Below, in pieces: positions 39,295-49,635 of a DNA stretch of 64,000 nucleotides. The position numbers and the translations under genes are program-made. Each line of letters opens with the position of its first letter. Positions within the stretch are counted from its first letter, which is position 1. Below the pieces are notes generated by a model, which made no database searches, had not been told where the DNA came from, and saw only the letters and a list, made by a program, of their open reading frames with translations. The stretch spans positions 186,001-250,000 of the IMG/VR virus record IMGVR_UViG_3300026484_000007; one strand, given 5' to 3'.

Positions 39295-40047
39295 ATGTTA
39301 TCGAAAGACAAATTTAATAAATATTTAAAAATTGAAAATAATACTGTAATTGCAAAAGCACCTATCCGAATCGATCTTGATCTTTCAGAATACAAAAATA
39401 TATCGGAAGAATTTGATACGGATAATGATTCTGGAATTGCAGAGACTGCTAATGGAGTTTATGAGATTCCAGGATTTTTTACTTTAGAAATTCTTGATAA
39501 TGATAAGAATATCGTTGATAGTATTCAATTCTTTTTCCCATACAACGTATACTTATTAGGATCAAATAATTCTGAAATTAGTAGTACAAGATTTTTAATG
39601 GAATACGAAGAAGGGGATTCAATATTCTTCGCGAAATTTAAAAAACAAGAAACTGATATTAGAATTCTTGACAAATTATTTGAAAACGGGATAAAATATC
39701 TTAGTACAAGAATGGATTTCTTAATTTATAATATTTGGAAACAAGTTGAACCAACGATTAACGTTCCTTGGCATCACTTTGAAGTAATTGTTTCTCAATT
39801 GTATGGTAAAAGAGTTGAAGGAGGACATTACGTTCCTTTACGATTAACTAACGAAGAGTATTCTAAAAAATATGCTTTAAATACTAAACAAGCAGCGCAC
39901 TATTTTGGAGAATCAAGTGGATTCTTATATGGATATAGTAATGATGCGTTATTGACTAGTGTTTCTAAAGATAAAACAGTTCCGAAAAAATATAGACCAG
40001 ATTATTATATGGAAAAATTAATTGCCGGAGAAGTTAATGAAGTTTAA
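39295..40047 (+). CDS. RNA polymerase beta' C-terminal fragment
   Basis: INVPWHHFEVIVSQL resembles RpoC INDKHIEVIVRQM; C-terminal EKLIAGE resembles ENVIVG. Confidence 0.7.
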   Translation: MLSKDKFNKYLKIENNTVIAKAPIRIDLDLSEYKNISEEFDTDNDSGIAETANGVYEIPGFFTLEILDNDKNIVDSIQFFFPYNVYLLGSNNSEISSTRFLMEYEEGDSIFFAKFKKQETDIRILDKLFENGIKYLSTRMDFLIYNIWKQVEPTINVPWHHFEVIVSQLYGKRVEGGHYVPLRLTNEEYSKKYALNTKQAAHYFGESSGFLYGYSNDALLTSVSKDKTVPKKYRPDYYMEKLIAGEVNEV

Positions 40048-40152
40048 AAACTTATAAAGTTTAAAAGTGATCTAAAAAAGATCACTTTTAATTTTTTTTG
40101 TCTTTAGCAAAATTTTAGCGAAGTTCTATCGAAGTCAATAAAAAAACTTTTG

Positions 40153-40281
40153 AAAACTTGAGTTTCCAGAACGTTGAGCTTCTATAGATATCTAAAGATA
40201 TATAGCAGTTCTAAAAATTTTAGAACTGCTTTTATATCGCTTGTATCTAAAAAAGATGCTACGTGGAAAATCAAAGTTTTT
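40153..40281. repeat. ~130-bp intergenic repeat, reverse orientation
   Basis: near reverse complement of 2234-2361; follows terminator 40061-40112. Confidence 0.9.
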
Positions 40282-40343
40282 CAAGTTTTAAATTTAAAAA
40301 AATACAAAGAAAGAAAAAGAAAGAAAATTAAAAGGATAGTTAA

Positions 40344-41999
40344 ATGAAATTAGATCAATTATTAATGAAACAAAAAACATCTTTGAAAGACTCAGCATTT
40401 CCAGCTTTATTCGCTGGCGACGAAATTACTATAAGTTATTTACCTGAGATCGGAGCATCCGGAATAAATTTTATTAATAAATTAAGAAAGAAAAATATTT
40501 TCAATGAAGTTCTTATTTATCCATATTATACCCTTGGAGCGAAAAAAATTATTTCTAAAGATTACATTGCAGATTTTAAAAAATTAAATCCAAATATAAA
40601 GACTGTTTATAAATTTAAAACTTTCATGAAAAACAGAGCAAACGTGATCGATCTAACTCCACTGATGGATCTTTTTTCGATCCTAATCAATCAGCAGCCA
40701 AAATTTAAAGTTTTAAATGAAACGATTGATGCTATAAATAATTATTTTACTGAGAATGTATCTTCCCAAGATCCTACTGGAGAAAAACATTTTATTTTCG
40801 TGGATTGTAATTCTAAAAGCAATTTTAATTTCTTAGATTCTATTTATAGATTATTTAGAAAAAAAGCTTTCAAACTCAATCATGATCTTTTAAAGATCAA
40901 AGGTTTATTTGTAATAGCTTTAAACGAATCTGAAGAATTTGATATTTATCCATTAATCCATAAAAAAGAAAAACATTTAATCTTTCGACCTGATATTTAT
41001 AGATTAATCAAAAAAGATCTTACTGGGATCGAAGAAGAAGAAATAAACGAATTCGTTGATTCATATGAAAAAATCAATGAAGCTAGAAATAATATTTTAA
41101 ACATTACTGATAAACTTTTAAATAAAATTGGGAAAGGATCTGCAAAAGATTCGAAAGAGACTGCAGACTTTCTAAATCAATTAGGAAATGCTAAAGAAAG
41201 ATTTGAAAACTACATCGATTTAATTTATCAAGAATTATCAAGTAATGATATTCCTGGAAATGATTATATAGAAAAACTTCATCGTTTATTTCCGAAAGAC
41301 ACGACGGATCCAAAAAAGATCCAAAAGATTGAAAAATTAATTTCTTACATAGATGATCTTAATAAGATCTATAATGGATCAATTAAAATAAAAAAAGATT
41401 TAATTAATAAATCTGCTGATATTTATTATGATCCAATGGAGATCGTTAAGTTAGATGAAATTTCTGTTTATAATAAGCAGAAAACAGAATTCGATGAAGT
41501 GCTAGATAAATCAATGTTTGATTTAATTAAAAGTATTGAGCGAGATAAAGATGCAGGAATTGAAGTTCTTGATATTAAAGTAGAAGTTCAAGACACTAAT
41601 AAAAGTAGATTTAAAAAATACAAAGTTAAATTAAAGAATACTAAGTTCGGTAAAAAAACTCCATACGAAATAGAATTTCTTACTCCGTATCCTATCAAAG
41701 GAAAATATTTAAAAATAGGTGGAGTAAGATACATAATGTTAAATCAATTTATGGCTAAACCTATTTTAAAAATTAAGCCTAACATTGTAAGATTATATAC
41801 TCACTTCAGTACTTTCTCAGTAACTTTAAAAACTCATAAATATAATAATACTCAAGATTTCCACGAGATCTTAATGAAAGTTACTTCTAGTATAAAAGGA
41901 TCTAAAATAGATTACGTCGAATCTACTAACAATGATCCGCGCGAAAAATATAAATTTTATATCGATAGAACTTTTATAGATAAAACTATAGAATTATAA
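40344..41999 (+). CDS. RNA polymerase beta N-terminal fragment with long N-terminal extension
   Basis: PYPIKGKYLKIGGVRYIMLNQF resembles RpoB [22 protein letters not shown]. Confidence 0.65.
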   Translation: MKLDQLLMKQKTSLKDSAFPALFAGDEITISYLPEIGASGINFINKLRKKNIFNEVLIYPYYTLGAKKIISKDYIADFKKLNPNIKTVYKFKTFMKNRANVIDLTPLMDLFSILINQQPKFKVLNETIDAINNYFTENVSSQDPTGEKHFIFVDCNSKSNFNFLDSIYRLFRKKAFKLNHDLLKIKGLFVIALNESEEFDIYPLIHKKEKHLIFRPDIYRLIKKDLTGIEEEEINEFVDSYEKINEARNNILNITDKLLNKIGKGSAKDSKETADFLNQLGNAKERFENYIDLIYQELSSNDIPGNDYIEKLHRLFPKDTTDPKKIQKIEKLISYIDDLNKIYNGSIKIKKDLINKSADIYYDPMEIVKLDEISVYNKQKTEFDEVLDKSMFDLIKSIERDKDAGIEVLDIKVEVQDTNKSRFKKYKVKLKNTKFGKKTPYEIEFLTPYPIKGKYLKIGGVRYIMLNQFMAKPILKIKPNIVRLYTHFSTFSVTLKTHKYNNTQDFHEILMKVTSSIKGSKIDYVESTNNDPREKYKFYIDRTFIDKTIEL

Positions 42000-42020
42000 A
42001 TTAATCATAAAGGACAAAAT

Positions 42021-45000
42021 ATGATCAAAAAAGATACGTCTGATGCTACATTAAAATTAAAATCTGCAAAATTTTATATAGATTTTCATAATGAAAAAAA
42101 TAATAAATTATTTTTTTATGAAGTTTATTCTAAGAAAAAAGGAACTGCTGGAGCAGAGCGTCTCGAATACGCTTATATGACTCCAGACGACGAAGTGATC
42201 TTTTACAAACCCATCGATGATATCGAAGAGCATGAAATACCAAAGAAAGATCTTCGAGAGTTTCTTCTTGGTAGAATTAATAGCATAGCGATGTTAAAAT
42301 TAGGAGCTAGAGTTGATATTAAATCAAAATCTTCTAAACCTACTTTTAAAATTAAAGCGTTGAGCAATGAACCCGAAGTAATTCTTTTTGCTAGTATTAT
42401 TTTAGGATTAAGACCTGCGCTAGATTTCATGGGAATAAAGTATAGTTTTAATAAGACTAAAGAAGGTTATAAATCTATAAAACTATCCACTCAAGATGGT
42501 AAAACTAAATATTTTAATATTTATGCTAACTCTTTATACGATGAATACGTTTTAAATGGAATGTCTTCTTTTATTAAGAAAATTGAATTCACTGAAGAAA
42601 ATTTATCTTCTAAAGATGTATTCATAACTTATTTCGATAATCGTTTTGGTAAAGGTTTATTTAATTCTTATAATCAAAAGTTAGTATCTTTTATAGATAC
42701 AACGACTGAGCAAATTTTAAGATCGTATGGTTATAGTACGGATCCATTAAAATTATTATGTATAACTATGCCTAAGAAAATACTAAACGAAGCAGTCGAT
42801 GATATCGATAATCTTGAAAATAAAAGAATTAGAATGGCTGAAAGTATTGCTCACTCAGCTTATAATGCAGTTTCGCAAGCTCTTGTAAAATTCAAGAAAG
42901 AATCTAAATTAGATAACGTTAAATTACATATTCAAAAAGATTATATTATTAATAATCTTATTAACACTGGTATGGTTCAATGGAGTAATCCAGTTAACCC
43001 ATTAGAAGAATTAACTACTTCTGCAAAAATTACTAAAACTGGGGTTGGGAATCCATTAAAAGAACAGATCACTATAGACAAAAGGGATCTTAATGAAAGT
43101 TATTTTGGAGTTGTATCTGCGACACATACTAATGAGTACGGTGGAATAGGTTTAAACCAAACTCTCGTAAATAAAATGATGATCAAAGATAGATTCGGAA
43201 GTATTTTAATTAAAAAATTCCAAGATACTAATCCTTTTGAAATACTAAGTCCAATTGAAAGTATTGCTCCATTTATGGATACAGATGATACTACTAGAAA
43301 AGTTATGGGGAATCAGCAAACCTCACAATTCATTCAAGTTAAAAATCCAGATGTTCCTCTTGTTCAAACTGGTTTTGAAGCTTATATACCTTATATAGTA
43401 TCTGATAGATTTGCAATGAAAGCTAAAAAACCTGGAACTGTTAAATTAGAAAAAGACTATATTATAATGAAATACAATGATGGTTCTGAAGAAATCTTTA
43501 GTACTAAACCCACTAAAGCGAGAACTAAAAGAGGTCTTTATATTCCAATTGAATATAACGTTCTTGTAAAAGATGGTCAAAAAGTAAAAGAAGGAGAAAT
43601 CCTTGCAGCAACTAATTCTTTAAAACACGGAAAATTAGGTATAGGAAAAAATTTAGTAGTCGCAGAAATGTCTTATCGAGGTATGAATTACGAAGATGGT
43701 TGGGTAATATGCGAAGACCTTAAAGAAAAATATCAAAGTTCTTTATATGAAAAAATTACTATAATTATTCCAGAAGGTGCTAAGATTCAAGATTTTAATA
43801 TTGAATTAAATAAAAACACTAAACCTGGAGAAAAATTAATTTCGTATGTTACAAACGCAACTGAGTCTTTAGAATTCGATGAAGAAAATAGTATTACTGA
43901 TGAAAATACTGATGATTTAAGTACAGGTAAAGAGATTAGAGGTAATACAGTAACTTACTATAGTATCGGTGGACAAATTGCAGATTTTGTAATAAAATTA
44001 AATTCTACTAAAATTGATAAAAAAATTATAGAAAAATTTAAATTTCAAAATTCAGAAATTGAAAAAAAATTAAAGATTTGCGAAAAACTCAAAAATGAAA
44101 TTAATAAATTAGATTGTAGAGATAACATTGAACATCTTGAAGCTCTTGAAGTTGGTGGACATAAAGCAAATAAAATGGAGCCAGAAGGAGCGATTATTGA
44201 AGTCTATATCGAAACAGAAAATCCAATCAGAAACGGATCAAAATTTACTTTAGCGAGTACTGGTGGTAAAGGTACTGTACAATACATTATTGATAAAGAT
44301 AAAAAACCTTATACAAAAGAAACTGGATTAGAAATTGATTTTATTGCGACTCCGTTGTCAATCATTTCAAGAAAAAACCCAAGTATTATTTTACAATTGT
44401 ATCTTGGAAAAGTAATTTATTTTCTAAATAAAAAAGTTGAAGAATTAGCTAAAGAAAATAAAATTTCTTCGGTTAGAACTTTAATTACTAAAGTATTTGA
44501 AAGAATTGATAAATCAGATGATAAAGTTTATCTAAATCAATTAAAAGGATTCTTAAAAAATAAAGATGATTTTCTTAAAAAATATATTTTAAAACATGAT
44601 CCTTTAAATAACCCAGCTTTCCCAGCAATTATGCCTCCATTCGGAAGTAAATTAAGTACGAAAGATATCGAAGATGCTGCAGATATTCTTGGAATTCCTT
44701 TACAAGAACATGTAATAATTCCAGAAGAAGATAATAAAGAGACTAAATATAAAGTTACTGTTGGAATTATGCCAGTATTTTATTTAGAACATTTTCCAAA
44801 AGCTATGTCAGGGGTAAGAGGAAGTATTAATGTTAAAAATCAATTAACGACTGGACAAGGTCGTGCCGGAACTAAAGAAGGAAACGGAGCAATTAAACTT
44901 GGTTTATATGATATGTTTTCCGTTACATCAAGACGAGCAAATAAGTTCATTAAAGAAATGTGGGCAGTAAAATCAGATGATTACGAAGCGAAAAAAGAAC

Positions 45001-45140
45001 TTCGAAAGAAAATCATTAAATCAGCCGAAACTGGCGAAGAAATAAATGTTTCTGATATTGAAGTAAAACCAGAAGATATTACTACCAAAAAATTGATTGA
45101 AGCATATTTTTATGGAGCATGTTTGCAGCCACGTTTCTAA
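42021..45140 (+). CDS. RNA polymerase beta main fragment
   Basis: HTNEYGGIGL, DDTTRKVMGNQQTSQ, GMNYEDG, GSKF...GGKGTV, SRKN, LEH, KSDD. Confidence 0.95.
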   Translation: MIKKDTSDATLKLKSAKFYIDFHNEKNNKLFFYEVYSKKKGTAGAERLEYAYMTPDDEVIFYKPIDDIEEHEIPKKDLREFLLGRINSIAMLKLGARVDIKSKSSKPTFKIKALSNEPEVILFASIILGLRPALDFMGIKYSFNKTKEGYKSIKLSTQDGKTKYFNIYANSLYDEYVLNGMSSFIKKIEFTEENLSSKDVFITYFDNRFGKGLFNSYNQKLVSFIDTTTEQILRSYGYSTDPLKLLCITMPKKILNEAVDDIDNLENKRIRMAESIAHSAYNAVSQALVKFKKESKLDNVKLHIQKDYIINNLINTGMVQWSNPVNPLEELTTSAKITKTGVGNPLKEQITIDKRDLNESYFGVVSATHTNEYGGIGLNQTLVNKMMIKDRFGSILIKKFQDTNPFEILSPIESIAPFMDTDDTTRKVMGNQQTSQFIQVKNPDVPLVQTGFEAYIPYIVSDRFAMKAKKPGTVKLEKDYIIMKYNDGSEEIFSTKPTKARTKRGLYIPIEYNVLVKDGQKVKEGEILAATNSLKHGKLGIGKNLVVAEMSYRGMNYEDGWVICEDLKEKYQSSLYEKITIIIPEGAKIQDFNIELNKNTKPGEKLISYVTNATESLEFDEENSITDENTDDLSTGKEIRGNTVTYYSIGGQIADFVIKLNSTKIDKKIIEKFKFQNSEIEKKLKICEKLKNEINKLDCRDNIEHLEALEVGGHKANKMEPEGAIIEVYIETENPIRNGSKFTLASTGGKGTVQYIIDKDKKPYTKETGLEIDFIATPLSIISRKNPSIILQLYLGKVIYFLNKKVEELAKENKISSVRTLITKVFERIDKSDDKVYLNQLKGFLKNKDDFLKKYILKHDPLNNPAFPAIMPPFGSKLSTKDIEDAADILGIPLQEHVIIPEEDNKETKYKVTVGIMPVFYLEHFPKAMSGVRGSINVKNQLTTGQGRAGTKEGNGAIKLGLYDMFSVTSRRANKFIKEMWAVKSDDYEAKKELRKKIIKSAETGEEINVSDIEVKPEDITTKKLIEAYFYGACLQPRF

Positions 45141-45176
45141 ATTATAAGTATTTAGAAGATTTAGAAGGAGTCGACA

Positions 45177-46178
45177 ATGAAAAAAATGACTAAATTTTTA
45201 TCAGTGATCTTTTTAGGATCACTTTTTTTAAATCCACTTTCAGCCAATGATTATAATGATTATAATGATTATAATGATTGTAATGATTGTTTTGAATTTA
45301 ACGATGGAATCGCTATTCCTACAAATCCTATATTAAAAAATAGACTATCGACAAAAATTAGCAATAAAGAATTTTATATCAATGTGCTAAACACTTGTCC
45401 AGGTTTAACATCAAATGAAAAAATTTATTTTGAATTAAACAGAACGAGAATTGATAGTAAAACTGGAAATTGTTATACGGAAAGTAAAATTGTATCTATC
45501 GAAGATCCAACGATTCGTCTTTTTTTGCCAGAGAATGTTTTAAAATTAAAAGTTAAAGATAGTTGGAATATCGCAAAAATTTCGATCGATTACAATTTAA
45601 GACAAATGATTTATCCATTCAAAATAGTATCTAAAAAAGATTCTTCTGATACTTTTGCGGTAAGACCTGATCATTTTCGAATAAAAGTTTTTAAATCTTC
45701 AGCGTCTGATCCAACCGTATCATCTACATCATCCACATCATCTATACCATCTATACCAGCGGGAAATTTTATTTCACTTAAAATAGAAGCATTAGATTAT
45801 CAAGGGAATGTTGTGACGTACGATAAATCTACAGATGATTATTTAACTATAGAACTTTCTCCTGGAAATAAAATACAATTTATTCCTTATAATATAAAAA
45901 ACGGGCAAGGTTTAATAAGAATGATGTTTTCTTTATCTGCAGAAGATCAAGAAATTAAATTAATAGATGAAACTTTTTCTAATATAGATATAAACGATTC
46001 TTTAGAAGATCAACGATATTTTGAAGGAAAAGTTAATTTACGAATCTCAGAAAGATTCAAATCTTGGTGTGGAACTGGAACTGGTGAGAAAGAAAACGAT
46101 CCAAATAAAAATACAGTTCAGCCTAATATAAGAAATAATGTAAATAAAAATTTACAATACCATAAAATGCAATGGTAA
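45177..46178 (+). CDS. secreted protein resembling C-terminal part of DUF6701/MshQ-like surface proteins
   Basis: signal peptide ending PLSA; DTFAVRPDHF, DETFSNIDINDS, WCGTGTG, terminal W. Confidence 0.5.
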   Translation: MKKMTKFLSVIFLGSLFLNPLSANDYNDYNDYNDCNDCFEFNDGIAIPTNPILKNRLSTKISNKEFYINVLNTCPGLTSNEKIYFELNRTRIDSKTGNCYTESKIVSIEDPTIRLFLPENVLKLKVKDSWNIAKISIDYNLRQMIYPFKIVSKKDSSDTFAVRPDHFRIKVFKSSASDPTVSSTSSTSSIPSIPAGNFISLKIEALDYQGNVVTYDKSTDDYLTIELSPGNKIQFIPYNIKNGQGLIRMMFSLSAEDQEIKLIDETFSNIDINDSLEDQRYFEGKVNLRISERFKSWCGTGTGEKENDPNKNTVQPNIRNNVNKNLQYHKMQW

Positions 46179-46226
46179 AAAATGGTAAAAACGATAAAAA
46201 TGGTATATTAAATTAAGGATTTAATA

Positions 46227-47420
46227 ATGATTATTACACACAATTATTATATTGATTTTTTTAAAGCCTTTAATCAGTTTCTTAAAAAGATTCTTGATCC
46301 TCGCGCTTTAAAAGACGGTAGAGGTATTCAAAAAATTGAATACTCTATCGCATCTAAAACACTTCTGAGTCATAAATTATATGGAAATGAATCTTTTGAA
46401 TATCCAAATTTAATTATTGATCTTCAAGATATCCATGCTGACGAAGGTGTAAGTACAATTAAAAATAATGCTTATGGTTTAATTGATAATATTAATACGG
46501 TTTATCTCGCGGATAATCTTGATAAGAATCAGTTTATTAAAGCAGAAATGAAAAAATATATTCTTAATTTTAATATTACTATTAATTTAGAAGAATCTGC
46601 TGATATGTTAAATTTTTATCATTTAATTACGAATCATGTTCCTGTTAATTTTACATTCGTGGATTTTTCATTCTTTTATGGAATAGACATTACTGAGTTT
46701 GTAAATGATGGGAATTGGGATTTTGATAATGATAATATTTTTAACGTATTTAAACAACCTGATCCAACAGAGAGAGATAAAGAGTATTATTATTCTTATT
46801 TAAAAACTCAACCAGAATTAGAATTAACTGGAATTTCTAAAAATGAAGATAAAGAAGGAATGAAGTACAGTATTCAAATGAATTTTCTTGCATCGTTCTT
46901 AATTCCTTCTTATATTTACGGAACGAATTTTATTAACATTGAAAGAATTGTTCTTCAAATAGATACTACTGATAAAGATGATTATCCTATCATCACTGAC
47001 ACAGAAAATATATTTAGTACAAATAAAATTAAAAAAGGATCTTTTTTAGATCCTAATAGTTTTATTTTAAATGAGGAAAACGAATCTTTTGATATAATTT
47101 TGAAAAATGAAGCTAGCGATGAAGAAACTTTAAATTCATTAAAACAATTTAATTATATTTTAAAACTCGAACCTGATCTTTTGGAGATCTTTTCTCAAAA
47201 AACTCCACATAAGACAGAGAAAAGATTAAATCTTTATTTAGAGAATTTTGAAATTGTATCTGAAGAAGATAAAACAATACTGAGAATCACTAAAGAATCT
47301 CAAAAGACGCATTTTTCTTTATTAGAAGATTTTTTTATAAATTATATAAACTATATAAAAAATGAGGAGAGCGAATCTTCTCAATTTTACAACTTTCAAT
47401 TATTTTATGCGGAGAAGTGA
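46227..47420 (+). CDS. hypothetical protein, possibly tail completion/structural
   Basis: 397 aa; YPNLIIDL and YILNFNITI pattern; weak. Confidence 0.55.
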   Translation: MIITHNYYIDFFKAFNQFLKKILDPRALKDGRGIQKIEYSIASKTLLSHKLYGNESFEYPNLIIDLQDIHADEGVSTIKNNAYGLIDNINTVYLADNLDKNQFIKAEMKKYILNFNITINLEESADMLNFYHLITNHVPVNFTFVDFSFFYGIDITEFVNDGNWDFDNDNIFNVFKQPDPTERDKEYYYSYLKTQPELELTGISKNEDKEGMKYSIQMNFLASFLIPSYIYGTNFINIERIVLQIDTTDKDDYPIITDTENIFSTNKIKKGSFLDPNSFILNEENESFDIILKNEASDEETLNSLKQFNYILKLEPDLLEIFSQKTPHKTEKRLNLYLENFEIVSEEDKTILRITKESQKTHFSLLEDFFINYINYIKNEESESSQFYNFQLFYAEK

Positions 47421-47482
47421 TCTTTTTTAGATCACTTTTTAACCAACTATAAAATTCTAGAAAATTAATTAAGGAGATTTAA

Positions 47483-48316
47483 ATGTCAAAATATTCTGAA
47501 ATCTTAGGGCAACTTATTAATGAAAATATAAGCAAAGCTCATGATTATATCACAAATCAATTAATTATGGAACATCTTTTAAAAACTGGTAAAGTTACAA
47601 TTGAAGAAGCTCAATTATTCAATCAAATGACGTATTCAGTGCTTTATGAAAGTTCTCATTTAATGGTACCAACAGTTGAAGAAATTCAAGAAGCGATGAT
47701 GCCACCTGCGCCAGCTCAAATGGGTGCGCCAGCTCCAGGAGCAGCAGGAGAGGAACCAGTTCCAGCAATGAACGAAGCGCCAGCTCCAGCTCCAGCAGAT
47801 GGAATTCCAAATGAGGGAGAACCAAGTCCTCAAGAAATTCAAGCTGCAATCGATGGTGGAGAAGCTCCAGCAGGTTTAAAAACATTAGTTGATCCAGAAA
47901 CAGGAGAAAAATTTCAATTTGATCCAACAAGCGGATCTGTAATGCCTGAAGCTAAAGACGACATGCCAGTACCAGGAGATACAATGGGAGATTCTGCAGA
48001 ACCAGTTCCAGCCCCAGAAGCAGAACCAGCAGCTCCAACAGATGAACCAGCAGCTCCAACTGATCAAGCAGGTTTACCTAAAAAAGACGTAAGTGCTAGC
48101 GAAGGAAATGTTGAAGAATCTACTGCTGCAGAAGCTACAGCAGCTACTGCGGAAGAATCTAAAAAAGATCAAAATATTGAAGAATCTGCGAATGTAGACG
48201 CTTCTGCAAAAGAAGAAGCAAAAGAAGAAGCAAAAGAAGAAGCAAAAGAAGAAGCAAAAGAAGAATTAAATGAAAATGAATTACTAGTTCAATCATTAAT
48301 GAATCTTATAAAATAA
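47483..48316 (+). CDS. acidic Pro/Ala/Glu-rich prohead core/scaffold-like protein
   Basis: many (L/I/V)xE sites; EEAK x5 encoded by 12-bp tandem repeat. Confidence 0.65.
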   Translation: MSKYSEILGQLINENISKAHDYITNQLIMEHLLKTGKVTIEEAQLFNQMTYSVLYESSHLMVPTVEEIQEAMMPPAPAQMGAPAPGAAGEEPVPAMNEAPAPAPADGIPNEGEPSPQEIQAAIDGGEAPAGLKTLVDPETGEKFQFDPTSGSVMPEAKDDMPVPGDTMGDSAEPVPAPEAEPAAPTDEPAAPTDQAGLPKKDVSASEGNVEESTAAEATAATAEESKKDQNIEESANVDASAKEEAKEEAKEEAKEEAKEELNENELLVQSLMNLIK

Positions 48317-48347
48317 GATAAAATAATATTTTTAAAAGGATTAAATT

Positions 48348-48710
48348 ATGGAAAACAATCCTACTATAGTAGATAAGGTACTTTCGAAGATTATCTTCGA
48401 AAACCTTATTAAAAACGGAAAAGTTACTTTAGAAGAAGCTCAAATCATCAATGAAGCAATTATCGAAATCGTTGATAGATATAATCATACTATTATTGAA
48501 GAAACTGCAAAAATCAATACTTTAATGAATGTTCAAAATTCTCAGCCTCAGCAACCTCAACAACCTCAAATTAATGAAGCTGAAATGAATAGAATACTTC
48601 AAAGTATTGAGGAAGCAGCAATCGAAGCTACACAAAACAATCAAAAAATTATTGAAGAATCTGAAGAAATGTCAATTGCAGAAAAACTTGCATCTAAAGT
48701 TTTAAAATAA
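48348..48710 (+). CDS. prohead core-like protein, paralog of 47483 N-terminus
   Basis: LIKNGKVTLEEAQ versus LLKTGKVTIEEAQ. Confidence 0.7.
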   Translation: MENNPTIVDKVLSKIIFENLIKNGKVTLEEAQIINEAIIEIVDRYNHTIIEETAKINTLMNVQNSQPQQPQQPQINEAEMNRILQSIEEAAIEATQNNQKIIEESEEMSIAEKLASKVLK

Positions 48711-48746
48711 TTTTTAAAAAAATAAAAATCAAATTAAGGAGTACTA

Positions 48747-49255
48747 ATGAATTACTTTGAAAGAGTAAAATTACATGAAATTTGCGAAAGTGTAAAAGAA
48801 ACTTATCTTTTAAATAGCATCGAAGAAAATGCTAATGAAATCGAAGTTCTAAGAACTAAAAAATTCTTAACTGAAACATTTAATACAATTGAAAAATTAT
48901 TAATTGAAGAAGCAATTGCTGATGGTGTAAAAAAAGCAGCAATTATTGGAGCAGCAGGGTTAGCTGGAACAGCTGCAGGTTATGAACTTGGTCATGCTGC
49001 TGATGCAGGGGAATTAGCAGCGGGAAAGTAATTGATCCAGCTGCCCCAGAAGAAGTTGTAGTTGATAAAAATTTAATTACTGCAGATGACGTTGAAAAGC
49101 GAGAGATGAATGCTTTTGCGTTATCTGACTTATACAAACTTGCTCAGCAAAATCCTAATGCTGTTTTATATGGAGGAGCGTTAGGAACAGCTGGGTTAGC
49201 TTCTGGTGCAGTCGCTGCTCAAGCAATGAATTCTCAGAATCCAAGAAGTAGATAA
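48747..49255 (+). CDS. glycine-zipper protein read through a -1 frameshift (94-aa short form ends 49031; ~169-aa long form)
   Basis: G GGA AAG TAA at 49022-49031; -1 frame open to TAA 49253-49255 and encodes second zipper YGGALGTAGLASG. Confidence 0.7.
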
Positions 49256-49352
49256 AAATTATAAAAATATGGAGTTGTGATCTTTTTTAGATCGCTCTCC
49301 AGTTTTTTTGTCGTTAGAAAAAATTCTGAAAAAATTCTGAAAAAAATTATAA

Positions 49353-49491
49353 AAAACTTGAGATTCGCGGACGTTGCGCTTCTGTAGATATCTAAAGATA
49401 TATAGCAGTTCTAAAATTATCAGAGTGGTTTTAGAACTCGTATATATCTTTGTGTATCCAAAATAGATGCTACATAGAAAATCAAGTTTTT
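49353..49491. repeat. ~130-bp intergenic repeat, reverse orientation
   Basis: GTTCTAAAA-ttatcagagtgg-TTTTAGAAC core; follows terminator 49270-49323. Confidence 0.9.
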
Positions 49492-49635
49492 CAATGTTTT
49501 CTTTTGATTGATTTTGATTAAGATTAATTTTAATTTTAATTTTAATTTTAATTAAATTTTATTTATAGCCAAAATCGATCTAACGAAGATAAAAATCTTT
49601 AATTTAAAAATAATATTATATACTAAGGAGAAATA

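Noticed and set aside
41900-42120. Split intein or intron at the junction between the two beta fragments
   Set aside because: No C/S-start or N|C/S/T intein motifs; 21-bp gap with its own RBS indicates a simple gene split.
258-49491. 130-bp repeats or GC hairpin cassettes as a CRISPR array
   Set aside because: Dispersed, no regular repeat-spacer periodicity, no cas genes in the window.
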